Below, piece by piece: positions 11,195 to 21,200 of a DNA stretch of 64,000 nt. How positions within the stretch are numbered: the stretch's first letter is position 1; each line of letters begins with the position of its first letter. Made by a program: the position numbers and the translations under genes. Origin of the DNA: Nocardioidaceae bacterium (lineage in GTDB: Bacteria > Actinomycetota > Actinomycetes > Propionibacteriales > Nocardioidaceae); the NCBI GenBank assembly GCA_025934895.1, contig JAICWH010000002.1:2472-66471 (forward strand), given 5' to 3'. The notes under the pieces were generated by a model. The model was not told the origin of the DNA. It saw only the letters and a program-made list of their open reading frames with translations, and did not search any database.

Positions 11195-11779
11195 GGCCCG
11201 CGGGTACCCCGCACCCCCGGAGCGAAACTGCTCGTGCCACTCCGACTGCAGGATCGCGTACTGGTCCTCGTCCGCCCACTCACCCTTGAACAGCTCGTTC
11301 TTCACCAGGTGCGCCTCATGCCGCATGCCGAGCCTGGTCAGCACCGCCGCAGACGCGGCGTTGCGGGCGTCGAGCCGAGCCACCACGCGCCGTAGCCCCA
11401 GCACCTCGAAGGCGAGCTCGAGCAGGTGCCTGGCACCCTCCGTCGCCAGGCCCCGGCCGGAGAAGTCCGGGTGCAGCACGTAGCCGATCTCTCCACCGCC
11501 GTGCTGCACGCTTCGCAGGAACAGCACGAACTCGCCGACCAGACGGCCGCCCGCCTTGTCGAACCCGGCCAGTGTCACGCCGTCGCCGTCCTGCCCGAGG
11601 CGAAGGCTCTGGTGCCGGTCCAGTGCCGTGCGTGAGGCGGTCTCGTCGCGGGTCGCCCACGGCAGGTAGCGCGCCACCTCGGGTCTGCTGTGCAGGTCGT
11701 GGAAGGTCGCGAGGTCGGCCAGGGTGTAAGGACGCAGCAGCATCCGGTCGGTCTCGGCCCGATAGTCGGTGAGATCCAC
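10628..11779 (-). CDS. RimJ/RimL-type GNAT acetyltransferase lacking its own stop codon, reading in-frame into dps (383-aa fusion)
   Basis: GTG at 11779 with GGAGG RBS; LLRPY, EIGYVLHPDFSGRGLATEGA, NAASAAVLTRLGMRHE; no stop before the dps ATG. Confidence 0.8.
   Translation of the reverse strand: MDLTDYRAETDRMLLRPYTLADLATFHDLHSRPEVARYLPWATRDETASRTALDRHQSLRLGQDGDGVTLAGFDKAGGRLVGEFVLFLRSVQHGGGEIGYVLHPDFSGRGLATEGARHLLELAFEVLGLRRVVARLDARNAASAAVLTRLGMRHEAHLVKNELFKGEWADEDQYAILQSEWHEQFRSGGAGYPRAMVSTSRVTYTVPGIDTDDAEQVIALLQSRLHATNDLQLTLKHVHWNVVGPHFIAVHEMIDPQVDAVRAMADDTAERIATLGGSPKGTPGSLVAERTWDDYSIGRATTQEHLGALDLVYRGVIEETRAAVATISDLDPVTEDMLIGHLEKLELFHWFIRAHLENAGGEIVTSETSTETGAAAAGAGTDH
11204..11228 (-). 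promoter_or_regulatory. SigB/SigF-type stress promoter for dps
   Basis: Minus strand GTTT(11228-11225)-N15-GGGTAC(11209-11204), 9 nt before the dps ATG. Confidence 0.72.
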
Positions 11780-11933
11780 GCGCACCTCCCTGGTGTCTGC
11801 TCTCGGGCACTGGTCCCAACCTAGTGCGACCCACCGCCTCGAGCGTTTCGGCCGGGATGCCCGGACATTGACGCAGCAGAGGCCGACGGGGTAGCCGGCA
11901 GCCGCGCCGGTGCCGTGCGCGATGATGCCCCGC

Positions 11934-14048
11934 GTGACCATGTCCTCCCCGGCCCTCGTCGAGCTCGCCCAGACCTACGGCATCGCCACCGGCTACACCG
12001 ACTGGCGTGGCCGCCAGGTCGACGTGCCGGCCGAGGCGGTCACGGAGGTGCTCCGCGCCATGGATGTCGACGTCTCCGACCCGCGGGCCGCTCTCACGCA
12101 CCGGCAGGACGAGGTGTGGCGCCGGATGCTCCCGGCCTGCGTCGTGGTGCGCCGGAGCGAGCAACGGTCGGTGGCCGTGCACGCCCCTCGAGGGGACGCA
12201 CCTCAGCTGCACCTGCGGCTCGAGACGGGCGGCGAGCTGTCGCTGCACCACCAGCAGCCACGCGGCGAAGCCCGACAGGTCGACGGACAGGAGCTCGTCG
12301 AGGTCGCCTTCGAGATCCCGGACGGGCTGCCGCTCGGGTACCACGCGATGCTGGCGCGCTGCGGTGGCCGCGAGGTGGAGGCCACCCTCGTCGTCACCCC
12401 CGACTGGCTCGGCGTGCCCGCGTCGATGGGCGAGCACCGGTCGTGGGGCTTGGCCGCCCAGCTCTACAGCGTGCGCTCGAGGCAGTCCTGGGGGGGCGGC
12501 GACCTGACCGACCTCTGCGACCTCGCCGTGTGGTCCGCGGCCCGGCTCGGCGCCGACTACCTGCTGGTGAACCCGCTGCACGCCGCCGAGCCGGTGGCCC
12601 CGATGGAGCCCTCGCCGTACCTGCCGACGTCGCGGCGGTTCTTCAACCCGCTCTACATCCGGGTCGAGCGCATCCCGGAGTACGTCGACCTGCCGGCCGC
12701 CGACCGCGCAGCCGTCGAGGACCTGGCCCACGGCGTGCACACGAAGCTCGACGGGGCCGACGTCATCGACCGGGACACCTCGTGGACGGCCAAGCGCGCG
12801 GCCCTGCGTCTCGTGCACGACGTCCCCCGCTCGGCCGGCCGCGAGGTCGACTTCCGCGCCTACTGTGCCCGGCACGGCTCGGCCCTGCGGGACTTCGCGT
12901 TGTGGAGCGTGATCGCGAGCGACCACGGCAGCGACTTCCGCACCTGGCCGCACGAGCTGCAGGACGTGGCCTCCCCGGAGGTGGCGGACTGGGCCGTCGG
13001 GCACGCAGCGGACCTCGGGTTCGAGATGTGGCTGCAGTGGGTGCTCGACGAGCAGCTCCAGACCGCGCAGGCCAAGGCCGTCGCCGCGGGCATGTCGCTG
13101 GGCACGATGCACGACCTCGCGGTGGGCGTGCACCCCGGCGGAGCCGACGTCTGGCGGCTGAAGTCGACGTACGCCTCGGGGATCCAGGTCGGCGCCCCGC
13201 CGGACCCGTTCAACCAGGTGGGGCAGAACTGGAGCCAGCCGCCGTGGCGGCCCGACCGCCTGCAGGAGCTGGGCTACGCGCCGTTCCGCGACCTGATCGC
13301 CGCCGTGCTCCGACACTCGGGCGGGGTCCGCGTCGACCACATCATCGGGCTGTTCCGGCTCTGGTGGATACCGGAGGGTCGGCCGCCCTCGGAGGGCACC
13401 TACGTGCGTTACGACCACGAGGCGATGATCGGCGTGCTGGCCCTCGAGGCGCAGCGCGCCGGTGCGGTCGTTGTCGGGGAGGACCTCGGCGTGGTCGAGC
13501 CCTCCGCCCGTGAGTACCTCGCCTCCCGCGGTGTCTTCGGCACCTCGATCCTGTGGTGGGAGCGCGATGAGGAGGGTCGGCCGCTCCCGGCGGAGAGGTG
13601 GCGCGAGTACGCCATGGCCTCGGTCACCACCCACGACCTGCCGCCGACCGCCGGGTACCTGACCGGGGAGCACGTCAAGCTCCGTGACCGGCTGGGGCTG
13701 CTCACCCGGCCGCTGGCGGAGGAGGCCGCGGCCGACGACGAGGAACGCGAGTCGTGGCTGGGCGAGATCCGCGCACGTGGCCTGCTGCCGGACGAGGCGG
13801 GCATCGAGCGGACCGTCGAGGCGCTGCACCGCTACCTCACGCTGACCCCGGCCCGGCTGCTGTGCGTGGCCCTCACCGACGCGGTCGGCGACCGGAGGAC
13901 CCAGAACCAGCCGGGCACGACGGACGAGTACCCGAACTGGCGGGTGCCGCTGTCCGGACCCGACGAGCGGCCGCTGCTGCTCGAGGACGTGCTGGAGTCG
14001 GCTCGGGCAACTCGGCTCGCCGGCGTCGTGCAGACCCCCGCCGACTGA
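11934..14048 (+). CDS. malQ: 4-alpha-glucanotransferase (amylomaltase, GH77)
   Basis: WGLAAQLYSVRS, SPYLPTSRRF, HDLAVG, GAPPDPF, RVDHIIG, VGEDLG, TTHDLP, QNQPGT..YPNWR. Confidence 0.95.
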   Translation: MTMSSPALVELAQTYGIATGYTDWRGRQVDVPAEAVTEVLRAMDVDVSDPRAALTHRQDEVWRRMLPACVVVRRSEQRSVAVHAPRGDAPQLHLRLETGGELSLHHQQPRGEARQVDGQELVEVAFEIPDGLPLGYHAMLARCGGREVEATLVVTPDWLGVPASMGEHRSWGLAAQLYSVRSRQSWGGGDLTDLCDLAVWSAARLGADYLLVNPLHAAEPVAPMEPSPYLPTSRRFFNPLYIRVERIPEYVDLPAADRAAVEDLAHGVHTKLDGADVIDRDTSWTAKRAALRLVHDVPRSAGREVDFRAYCARHGSALRDFALWSVIASDHGSDFRTWPHELQDVASPEVADWAVGHAADLGFEMWLQWVLDEQLQTAQAKAVAAGMSLGTMHDLAVGVHPGGADVWRLKSTYASGIQVGAPPDPFNQVGQNWSQPPWRPDRLQELGYAPFRDLIAAVLRHSGGVRVDHIIGLFRLWWIPEGRPPSEGTYVRYDHEAMIGVLALEAQRAGAVVVGEDLGVVEPSAREYLASRGVFGTSILWWERDEEGRPLPAERWREYAMASVTTHDLPPTAGYLTGEHVKLRDRLGLLTRPLAEEAAADDEERESWLGEIRARGLLPDEAGIERTVEALHRYLTLTPARLLCVALTDAVGDRRTQNQPGTTDEYPNWRVPLSGPDERPLLLEDVLESARATRLAGVVQTPAD

Positions 14049-14066
14049 CGACCGGGTCGGACACCT

Positions 14067-14130
14067 CAGCCGCCCGCCCAGCCGCCCAGCCGCCCGCCCA
14101 GCCGCCCGCCCAGCCGCCCGCCCAGACGCC
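14067..14130. repeat. 12-bp tandem repeat (CAGCCGCCCGCC)n, about 5 units, intergenic
   Basis: Units at 14067, 14079 (8-bp short form), 14087, 14099, 14111, then degenerate CAGACGCC. Confidence 0.9.
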
Positions 14131-14290
14131 TGCCCGGGACGGACGCTCGGCGGCGAGCGAGCTGATCGTGACGGGGGGTCCCCGCAGATATAGGATCCTG
14201 CACGTCCGTGCGCGGTCCAGCACTCGGCCGCCTCACCCGCCCGTCGTGCGCCACCCCTGCGGCACCTGTGGCCCGCCTCCGAGGAAGCCT

Positions 14291-15019
14291 ATGACCGGCC
14301 CCGCCGACCGGGACCCGTCCCCCGTCACCGGGGGACCGAGGAGTCCTGGGCCGACCCTCCAGACGATCGCCGAGGCAGCACGCGAGCGGGTCCCGGGCGT
14401 GGACGAGGTCGGGCTCTGTGAGGTCGACGCCCTCGGGCACGTCGCGACACGCGCGGCCACCAGCGACCTGGTGCGCCGCCTGCACGCAGCGCAGCAGCGG
14501 CTGGGCGCCGGCCCCGTGCTCGACCTCAGGTCCGACCCGCACCCGGTGGCGATCCCCTGGCTGCGCCGCGAGCAGCGGTGGCCCGGCTACGCCGACGCTG
14601 CTGCGACCGTCGGGGTGCAGGCGGAGCTGGTCGTGCCGGTGCCTGTGAACGACGCCAGCACGACGGTGGTCCTGGACCTCTGCTCCCTGGGCACCGAGCA
14701 GATCCATCCCGACGCGGAGACCGTCGCTCGGCTGTTCGCCGGCCATGCCGCGGTGCTGCTGAGCAGTGACACGGCCGGGCTGCTCGACGCGCTGCGGGCC
14801 CGCGAGGTCGTCGGCCAGGCCACCGGCATCGTCGCCGAGCGCTACCAGATGAGCGCCGAGCGGGCCTTCGCCTTCCTGGTCCGGGCGGCCTCCCACAGCA
14901 ACATGACGTTGCGAGAGATCGCCGAGGAGCTGGTGCAGCGCCAGCAGGTGGACCGCCAGCTCGCCGACCGGGGGCTCCTCCAGCCACGCAACGGCTCCAC
15001 GGTGGCCGGCACCGGATAG
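14291..15019 (+). CDS. GAF + ANTAR domain protein
   Basis: GAF-like N-terminal part; C-terminal REVVGQATGIVAERYQMSAERAFAFLVRAASHSNMTLREIAEELV; GAGGAAG RBS. Confidence 0.85.
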   Translation: MTGPADRDPSPVTGGPRSPGPTLQTIAEAARERVPGVDEVGLCEVDALGHVATRAATSDLVRRLHAAQQRLGAGPVLDLRSDPHPVAIPWLRREQRWPGYADAAATVGVQAELVVPVPVNDASTTVVLDLCSLGTEQIHPDAETVARLFAGHAAVLLSSDTAGLLDALRAREVVGQATGIVAERYQMSAERAFAFLVRAASHSNMTLREIAEELVQRQQVDRQLADRGLLQPRNGSTVAGTG

Positions 15020-15039
15020 CCCGTGCCTACGATCGGTCC

Positions 15040-15651
15040 ATGCCCTTCGACCATCGCACCGTCTTCCGCGCCGCCGACGAGGGCGTCAACGCCTACCGGC
15101 TGATGACCGCGGTCGTCGTACCGCGGCCGATCGCGTGGGTGTCCTCGCTGTCCGCGGACGGCGTCGTGAACCTCGCGCCGCACTCCTTCTACACGGTCGC
15201 CTGCGCGAACCCGCCGATCGTGCAGTTCACCTCGGTCGGCGCCAAGGACACGCTCCGCAACGTGCTGGAGACCGGCGAGCTGGTGGTCAACCTCGCCTAC
15301 GGTCCCCTCCTGACCGCGGTCAACAACAGCTCGGCCGCGTTCGCGCCCGAGAGCAGCGAGCCCGAGGAGCTCGGCATCACCATGGAGCCGAGCATCGCCG
15401 TCCGACCGCCGCGGGTGAAGGACTCCCCCGTCTCGATCGAGTGCACCCTGCACAGCACGAACCAGCTCGGCGACTCCACCGTCGTGCTCGGCGACGTGGT
15501 CCTGTTCACCGTCGCCGACGAGGTGCTGGTCGACGGCCATCCCGACTACGACCTGCTCGACCCGCTGGCCCGGCTGGGCAAGGACGAGTGGGGCGTGCAC
15601 GCCCAGGTGACCTCGATCAGGAGGCCGAGGAAACCCAGCGACATCAGGTAG
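15040..15651 (+). CDS. Flavin reductase-like (DIM6/NTAB) FMN-binding protein
   Basis: VVPRPIAWVSS..NLAPHSF..KDTLRNV..GELVVN..PLARLG. Confidence 0.9.
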   Translation: MPFDHRTVFRAADEGVNAYRLMTAVVVPRPIAWVSSLSADGVVNLAPHSFYTVACANPPIVQFTSVGAKDTLRNVLETGELVVNLAYGPLLTAVNNSSAAFAPESSEPEELGITMEPSIAVRPPRVKDSPVSIECTLHSTNQLGDSTVVLGDVVLFTVADEVLVDGHPDYDLLDPLARLGKDEWGVHAQVTSIRRPRKPSDIR

Positions 15652-15667
15652 CCCCGCGGCGCGGCCT

Positions 15668-15850
15668 CTACGCGGACGGCTCCAGCACCGGCAGGTCGTA
15701 GCCCACGGCGAACCCGGCGACCTTGTTCCCGTCGGCGTCGATGACCAGCGTGGGTCTCGAGCTGATGACCGTCCCGCCGCCGGCCTTGATCATGTCGCGG
15801 GTGCCCGTGGCGTCCTCGAACACGCAGTAGGTGGTGTACCGCTTCGTCAT
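15668..15850 (-). CDS. Hypothetical 60-aa protein
   Basis: MTKRYTTYCVFEDATG...; almost every codon ends in G/C. Confidence 0.6.
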   Translation of the reverse strand: MTKRYTTYCVFEDATGTRDMIKAGGGTVISSRPTLVIDADGNKVAGFAVGYDLPVLEPSA

Positions 15851-16071
15851 CAGCGACGCACGGACCCGTCGGTCCTCGCAGTCATCCCGACCACGCTCAC
15901 GCGTTCGGGCATGCTCGTTGCTGTCCTGGCTGTCTGCATCGTTCCCCCGGTTTGCTGAAACGAGGCGCCCCCGCGCCTCTGACCCCAGTGTGCGGCCCAC
16001 GTGCCGCGTTGGCAATGGGCCGGTCGGCCACGGCCGCGGGCACCCCCCGACGGCGCCACTACGCTGGGCAC

Positions 16072-16956
16072 ATGAGCCGCAGCCGTCGACCCGGGTCGAG
16101 CACCCGGGTCCGGGTGCAGGAGGTGACCCTTGGGCCGGCACCTGCGGCGAGCCCGCCGGCGGTGGTGCGGCACGAGGACCGGCTCGCGACCGAGGAGCCG
16201 CTGGAGATCCGGCTGGCGTGGCCGGGCCGGCCCGCGGAGCGGGTCGCGGTCACGATGCGGACCCCGGGACACGACTTCGAGCTCGCCACCGGCTTCCTGT
16301 ACGGCGAGGGGGTGCTCGGGTCGGCCGAGGACCTGCGCAGGGTCGCCTACTGCACGGACGTCGCACTGGCGCCCGAGGAGGAGTTCAACGTGGTGACCGT
16401 CGAGCTGGGCCGGCCGCCCGGACGCGCACCCGCGGAGCGGTACGCAGGTCTCTCGTCAGCCTCGTCGGCGTGCGGCGTCTGCGGCACCGAGAGCATCGAG
16501 GACGTCCTCGCGCTCTGCCGGGTCACCGGGTCCTCCCGCTGGTCGCGGCTGCGAGTACCTCCCGCCGTACTCCTCAGCCTGCCGGACCGGCTGCGCGCCG
16601 AGCAGCGGGTCTTCGACTCCACGGGCGGGTTGCATGCCGCCGGGCTGTTCGACGAGCTGGGGAGCCCGCTGGTTGTGCGGGAGGACATCGGACGGCACAA
16701 CGCCGTGGACAAGGTGGTCGGCGCCCGCCTCCTGGCCGGCACGTCCCCCGCAGCGCCCGTGCTCTGCGTGAGCGGCCGGATCGGGTTCGAGATCGTCCAG
16801 AAAGCGGTCGTTGCCGACGTCGGGGTGCTGGCCGCGGTCGGCGCGCCCTCGAGCCTGGCCGTCCACCTGGCCGGCGAGGCGGGGCTGTGCACCGCCGGGT
16901 TCGTGCGCGACCACCGGTACGTCGTCTACTCGGCCGCCGAGCGGGTCGGCGTGTAG
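16072..16956 (+). CDS. fdhD: Formate dehydrogenase accessory sulfurtransferase
   Basis: EEPLEIRL, TMRTPGHDFELATGFL, SACGVCG, TGGLHAA, REDIGRHNAVDKVVG. Confidence 0.93.
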   Translation: MSRSRRPGSSTRVRVQEVTLGPAPAASPPAVVRHEDRLATEEPLEIRLAWPGRPAERVAVTMRTPGHDFELATGFLYGEGVLGSAEDLRRVAYCTDVALAPEEEFNVVTVELGRPPGRAPAERYAGLSSASSACGVCGTESIEDVLALCRVTGSSRWSRLRVPPAVLLSLPDRLRAEQRVFDSTGGLHAAGLFDELGSPLVVREDIGRHNAVDKVVGARLLAGTSPAAPVLCVSGRIGFEIVQKAVVADVGVLAAVGAPSSLAVHLAGEAGLCTAGFVRDHRYVVYSAAERVGV

Positions 16957-16993
16957 GAACGGTTCTGTCGGTGCCGGGTCCTACCGTCAGGGC

Positions 16994-18205
16994 ATGCGCA
17001 TCCTGCACACCTCCGACTGGCATCTGGGCCGCTCCTTCCACGGTGTCGGGATGCTGGCCGCGCAGGCGGCCTTCGTCGACCACCTCCTCGAGGTGGTGGA
17101 GTCCGAGCGGGTCGACCTGCTGGTGGTCGCGGGTGACGTCTACGACCGCGCGCTGCCTCCGGTGGACGCTGTGGAGCTGGCCGACGACACGTTCGCGCGG
17201 CTGGCCTCCTCGAGGGCGTCCGTGGTCGTCTCGAGCGGCAACCACGACTCCTCGGCCAGGCTGGGCTTCAACGCCCGCCTCGCCGACACCGCCGGCGTCC
17301 ACCTGCGCACCCGGTGGCAGGACGTCGGCTCACCGGTGATCCTCCGGGATGCTCACGGACCGGTGGCCGTCTACGCCCTCCCCTACCTCGAGCCGGACGC
17401 GGTCCGAGCAGCATGGGGGCTCCCGGAGCGCAGCCACCAGGCAGCGCTCACGGCAGCGATGGCCCGGGTGCACCAGGACCTCTCGACGCGGTCCGGGGCG
17501 CGCTCGGTGGTCCTCGCGCACGCGTTCGTGGCCGGCGGCCCGGACGACATCGGCCGGATGTCCTGCGACAGCGAGCGTGACATCTCCGTCGGTGGCATCC
17601 AGATCGCCTCCACGCGGCTGTTCACCCGCGTCGACTACGCCGCTCTCGGGCACCTGCACGGTCGCCAGACCCTGACCCCGACCGTCCGCTACAGCGGGTC
17701 CCCGCTGGCCTACTCGTTCTCGGAGGCGGCCCAGACCAAGGGATCCTGGCTCGTCGACCTCGGACCCGGGGGGGTGGACGCCGCCCAGTTCCTGGCCGCT
17801 CCGGTGCCCCGGCGGCTGGCCACCCTGCGTGGCCCCCTCGAGGACCTGCTATCCGACGCGGCGCTCACCGCGCACGAGGACGCGTGGCTGCAGGTGACGC
17901 TGACCGACCGGAACCGTCCGCTGCAGGCCATGGAGCGGCTCCGCGCCCGGTTCCCGCACACCCTGATGCTGGCGTTCGACCCTCGAGACGGTGCGCCGAC
18001 GCGTGGCCCGGTGCAGCCACGGGTGGGCCGGCGCAGCGACCTCGACATCGCGCTCGGCTTCGTGGCGGAGGTCCGGGCGCTGGAGGCCACTACCGAGGAG
18101 GAGCTGCTGCTCCAGCTGGCCTGCGACTCCTGCCGGATCAACGACGACCGGGACGCCGACTTCCAGGTCACCCCGCAGATGCTGCTCGGCGGGGACGTGG
18201 GCTGA
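16994..18205 (+). CDS. sbcD: SbcD exonuclease subunit
   Basis: LHTSDWHLG, AGDVYD, GNHD, ALGHLH, YSGSPL. Confidence 0.95.
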   Translation: MRILHTSDWHLGRSFHGVGMLAAQAAFVDHLLEVVESERVDLLVVAGDVYDRALPPVDAVELADDTFARLASSRASVVVSSGNHDSSARLGFNARLADTAGVHLRTRWQDVGSPVILRDAHGPVAVYALPYLEPDAVRAAWGLPERSHQAALTAAMARVHQDLSTRSGARSVVLAHAFVAGGPDDIGRMSCDSERDISVGGIQIASTRLFTRVDYAALGHLHGRQTLTPTVRYSGSPLAYSFSEAAQTKGSWLVDLGPGGVDAAQFLAAPVPRRLATLRGPLEDLLSDAALTAHEDAWLQVTLTDRNRPLQAMERLRARFPHTLMLAFDPRDGAPTRGPVQPRVGRRSDLDIALGFVAEVRALEATTEEELLLQLACDSCRINDDRDADFQVTPQMLLGGDVG

Positions 18206-21200
18206 TGCGGCTGCACAGGCTGACGGTGACCGCGTTCGGTCCCTTCGCCGGCACCGAGCACGTCGACTTCGACCAGCTCAACGAGGCCGGGCTGTTCCTG
18301 CTCACCGGGGCCACCGGTGCCGGCAAGAGCAGCCTGCTCGACGCGGTGTGCTTCGCGCTCTACGGCACGGTCCCCGGGGTGCGAGGCGTCAAGACCCTCA
18401 AGTCCCAGCACGCACCTGCGACTGCCAGGCCCGAGGTGCTGCTCGACTTCACCGTGCAGGGTCGCCGGTTCGTCGTACGCCGCTCGCCGGAGTGGACCCG
18501 CCCCAAGCACCGAGGCAGCGGGGTGGTGACCGAGAAGGCGTCGGCGTCGGTGGTCGAGAGGACGGGCGGCGTGGAATGCCTGCGGTCGGCGCGGGCCGCT
18601 GAGGTCGGGCTGCTGGTCAGCGACCTGATGGGGATGAACGCCGGTCAGTTCGTCCAGGTCGCCCTGCTGCCCCAGGGCGAGTTCCAGACGTTCCTCCGAG
18701 CGTCGTCCCAGGACCGCCATACCGTCCTCCAGCAGCTGTTCGGCACGGACCGCTTCGCCCGCATCGAGGACTGGGTGGGCGAGCACAGCCGTCGGGTCAA
18801 GGAGCAGGCCGAGGCCGGACGCTCCGGCGTGCAACGCATCCTGGACACCGTGTCGGACCGGTTCGGTTCGCCCGTTCCCTCCGGGCTGTGCGGGGACGAC
18901 CTGGCGCCTGCAACTGCCGAGGGCCGCGTCGAGACCTGGGTCAGCGGTGTCCTGGTCCGGGCGGAGGCCGACGCGGCACACGCCCGGGAGGCGGTCCGCT
19001 GGGCGGCGGCCCGGGCCCGCGAGGCGCGACACCGCTACCAGGAGGCCGCTCGTCGTGCCGAGCAGGCCAGCCGCAGAGACTCCGCGCTGCGGGTGCTGGC
19101 CGAGCTCGTGGAATCGGAGCCGGCCGCCGGCGAGGACCGGTCGCGGCTCGCGGCGCACGACCGCGCGAGCAGGTGCACGCCGGTGCTCGACCTTCGCGCC
19201 CAGGCGCTCGCCGCGCGAGGGGATGCCGCCAGCTGCCGCGACCGCGCCGTGCAGACCCTGGTCGCCGCGCTCCCTGCAGGGGCCTTGGGACTCGACGAGC
19301 TGCTGCCCTCGTCCGACCGGGCCGGCCCGGTCGATCTGACCGCCGCCACCGGTCCCATCGACCTGCACGACCCGACCGAGCAGGCCGTCTCGGCGCTGCT
19401 CGAGCGGCTGCGCAGCCGTGCCGCCCGGTTGGAGGCGCTGGTGCCGCGCGAGCAGGCGGCCGCCGAGGTGCGGCGTGACCTGGACGGCGACCTGGCCCGG
19501 TTGGCAGTCGTCGAGAGGACGCTCGAGGACGCCGTGGCGCGTGCCGAGGCGCTCCCGGCCCAGGCAGACCGCCTCGGCTCGTCGCTCATCTCTGCGGCTG
19601 CCCTGGCCGCTCGGCACGAGACGCTCACGTCGGCGCTGACCGCGGCGCGCAGCCGCCAGGACGCCGCCGCACGCCTCGACCAGGCGCGACACCGGCTCGC
19701 AGCGCTCGACGACGCCCGACGGGACGCGCGCGACCGGATGCAGGACGCCCGCGAGGACCTGCACACCGTGGTGGCGCAGCGGCTCGCGGGGATGGCCGCC
19801 GAGCTCGCCGGCGCGCTGGTGGACGGCGCGCCGTGCCACGTGTGCGGCAGCGTCGAGCACCCCCGGCGAGCCACTCCCGAGGTCGGCGCGGTCGGCGACC
19901 GCGACCACCAGGCGGCCGACCAGCGCGTGGTCGACGCGACGTCGGCCCTCGAGGCCGCGGGTGAGGCCGTCCGCGCGGCTCAGCATCGCCACGACGCCCT
20001 CGCCTCGGCCAGCGGCGGCCGGTCCGCGCAGCAGGCCGCAGAGGAGGTCGCGCACCTCGAGGCGGACCTCGCCGACGCGGTCGCTGCGGCGCGGCTGTGC
20101 AAGGAGCTGAAGACCCAGCTGACGGCCCTGCGGGCGGAGCAGGCAGACCTCGGCCGTCGACAGTCAGCCGGGATCGCTGAGGCCGCGGCGTTGCGAGGAT
20201 CGGCGGCGGCCCACGACCGCACCCTCACCGCTCTGAGTGCCGAGATCAGCGACGAACTCGGCGACCGACCCGCGGTCGCCTCGGTCGCCGACGCCCTCCG
20301 CCGGCTGTCCTCCTGGTGCGGACCGCTCTCCGACACGCGGGCAGCCGTCGCGGCGCTCGACGCCGCCGAGGCCCGGCTGGCAGAGGTGACCGACCTGGCT
20401 GTCGCCGCGGCCCTCGACCAGGGGTTCGGCTCCCTCACCGACGTCGAGGCGGCCCTGCTGCCGACACCGACCCACGAGCGCCTGCTGACACGTCTGCGCG
20501 AGCGGGATGAGGCCGAGGCTCGCGCCCGCGCCGTCCTCGACGACCCGGTCCTGCGGGACGACCCCGGGCCGGCCGACGCGCCCGAGCACCTCCGGACGTT
20601 GACCCTCGCGCTCGCCGAGGCGGAGTCTGCGGACGCCGAGGCGACCCGGCTGCTGGCGCTCCACGAGGACCGGGTCGCCGGCGGAAGGGTGCTGCTCGAC
20701 CGGCTCGGGGCCGCACTCGAGGGATGGGCCCCGATGCGCGACGAGTCGATCCGGGCCGAGGCGATCTCGAGGCTGGTTCGCGGGATGGGCCACGACAACC
20801 GGCTCCAGATGCGGCTCTCGGCCTATGTCCTGGCCACCCGGCTCGACCAGGTGGTGGCCGCGGCCAACGAGCGCCTCGGTCACATGCGGGACCAGCGTTA
20901 TCTGCTGCAGCGCACCGGTCGCGCCGAACGCCGCAGCGCGCAGGCCGGGCTGGGGCTCGAGATCGTCGACCAGTGGACCGGTGACACGCGGTCCCCCTCC
21001 ACGTTGTCCGGGGGCGAGACGTTCGTCGTCTCGTTGTCGCTCGCCCTCGGCCTGGCGGACGTCGTCACCCACGAGGCCGGTGGCACGGAGGTCGAGACGC
21101 TGTTCGTCGACGAGGGGTTCGGCACCCTCGACGCGGATACCCTCGACGACGTGATGGACCGGCTGGACGGGCTGCGCGCCGGCGGCCGGACGGTCGGCAT

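Noticed and set aside
17884-18204. N-terminal extension of sbcC given by the ORF track (similarly for 177, 13754, 16811, 23380, 48253, 57405, 61377)
   Set aside because: The extensions overlap upstream genes or lack family similarity; better starts have an RBS, a -10 box or stop-start coupling
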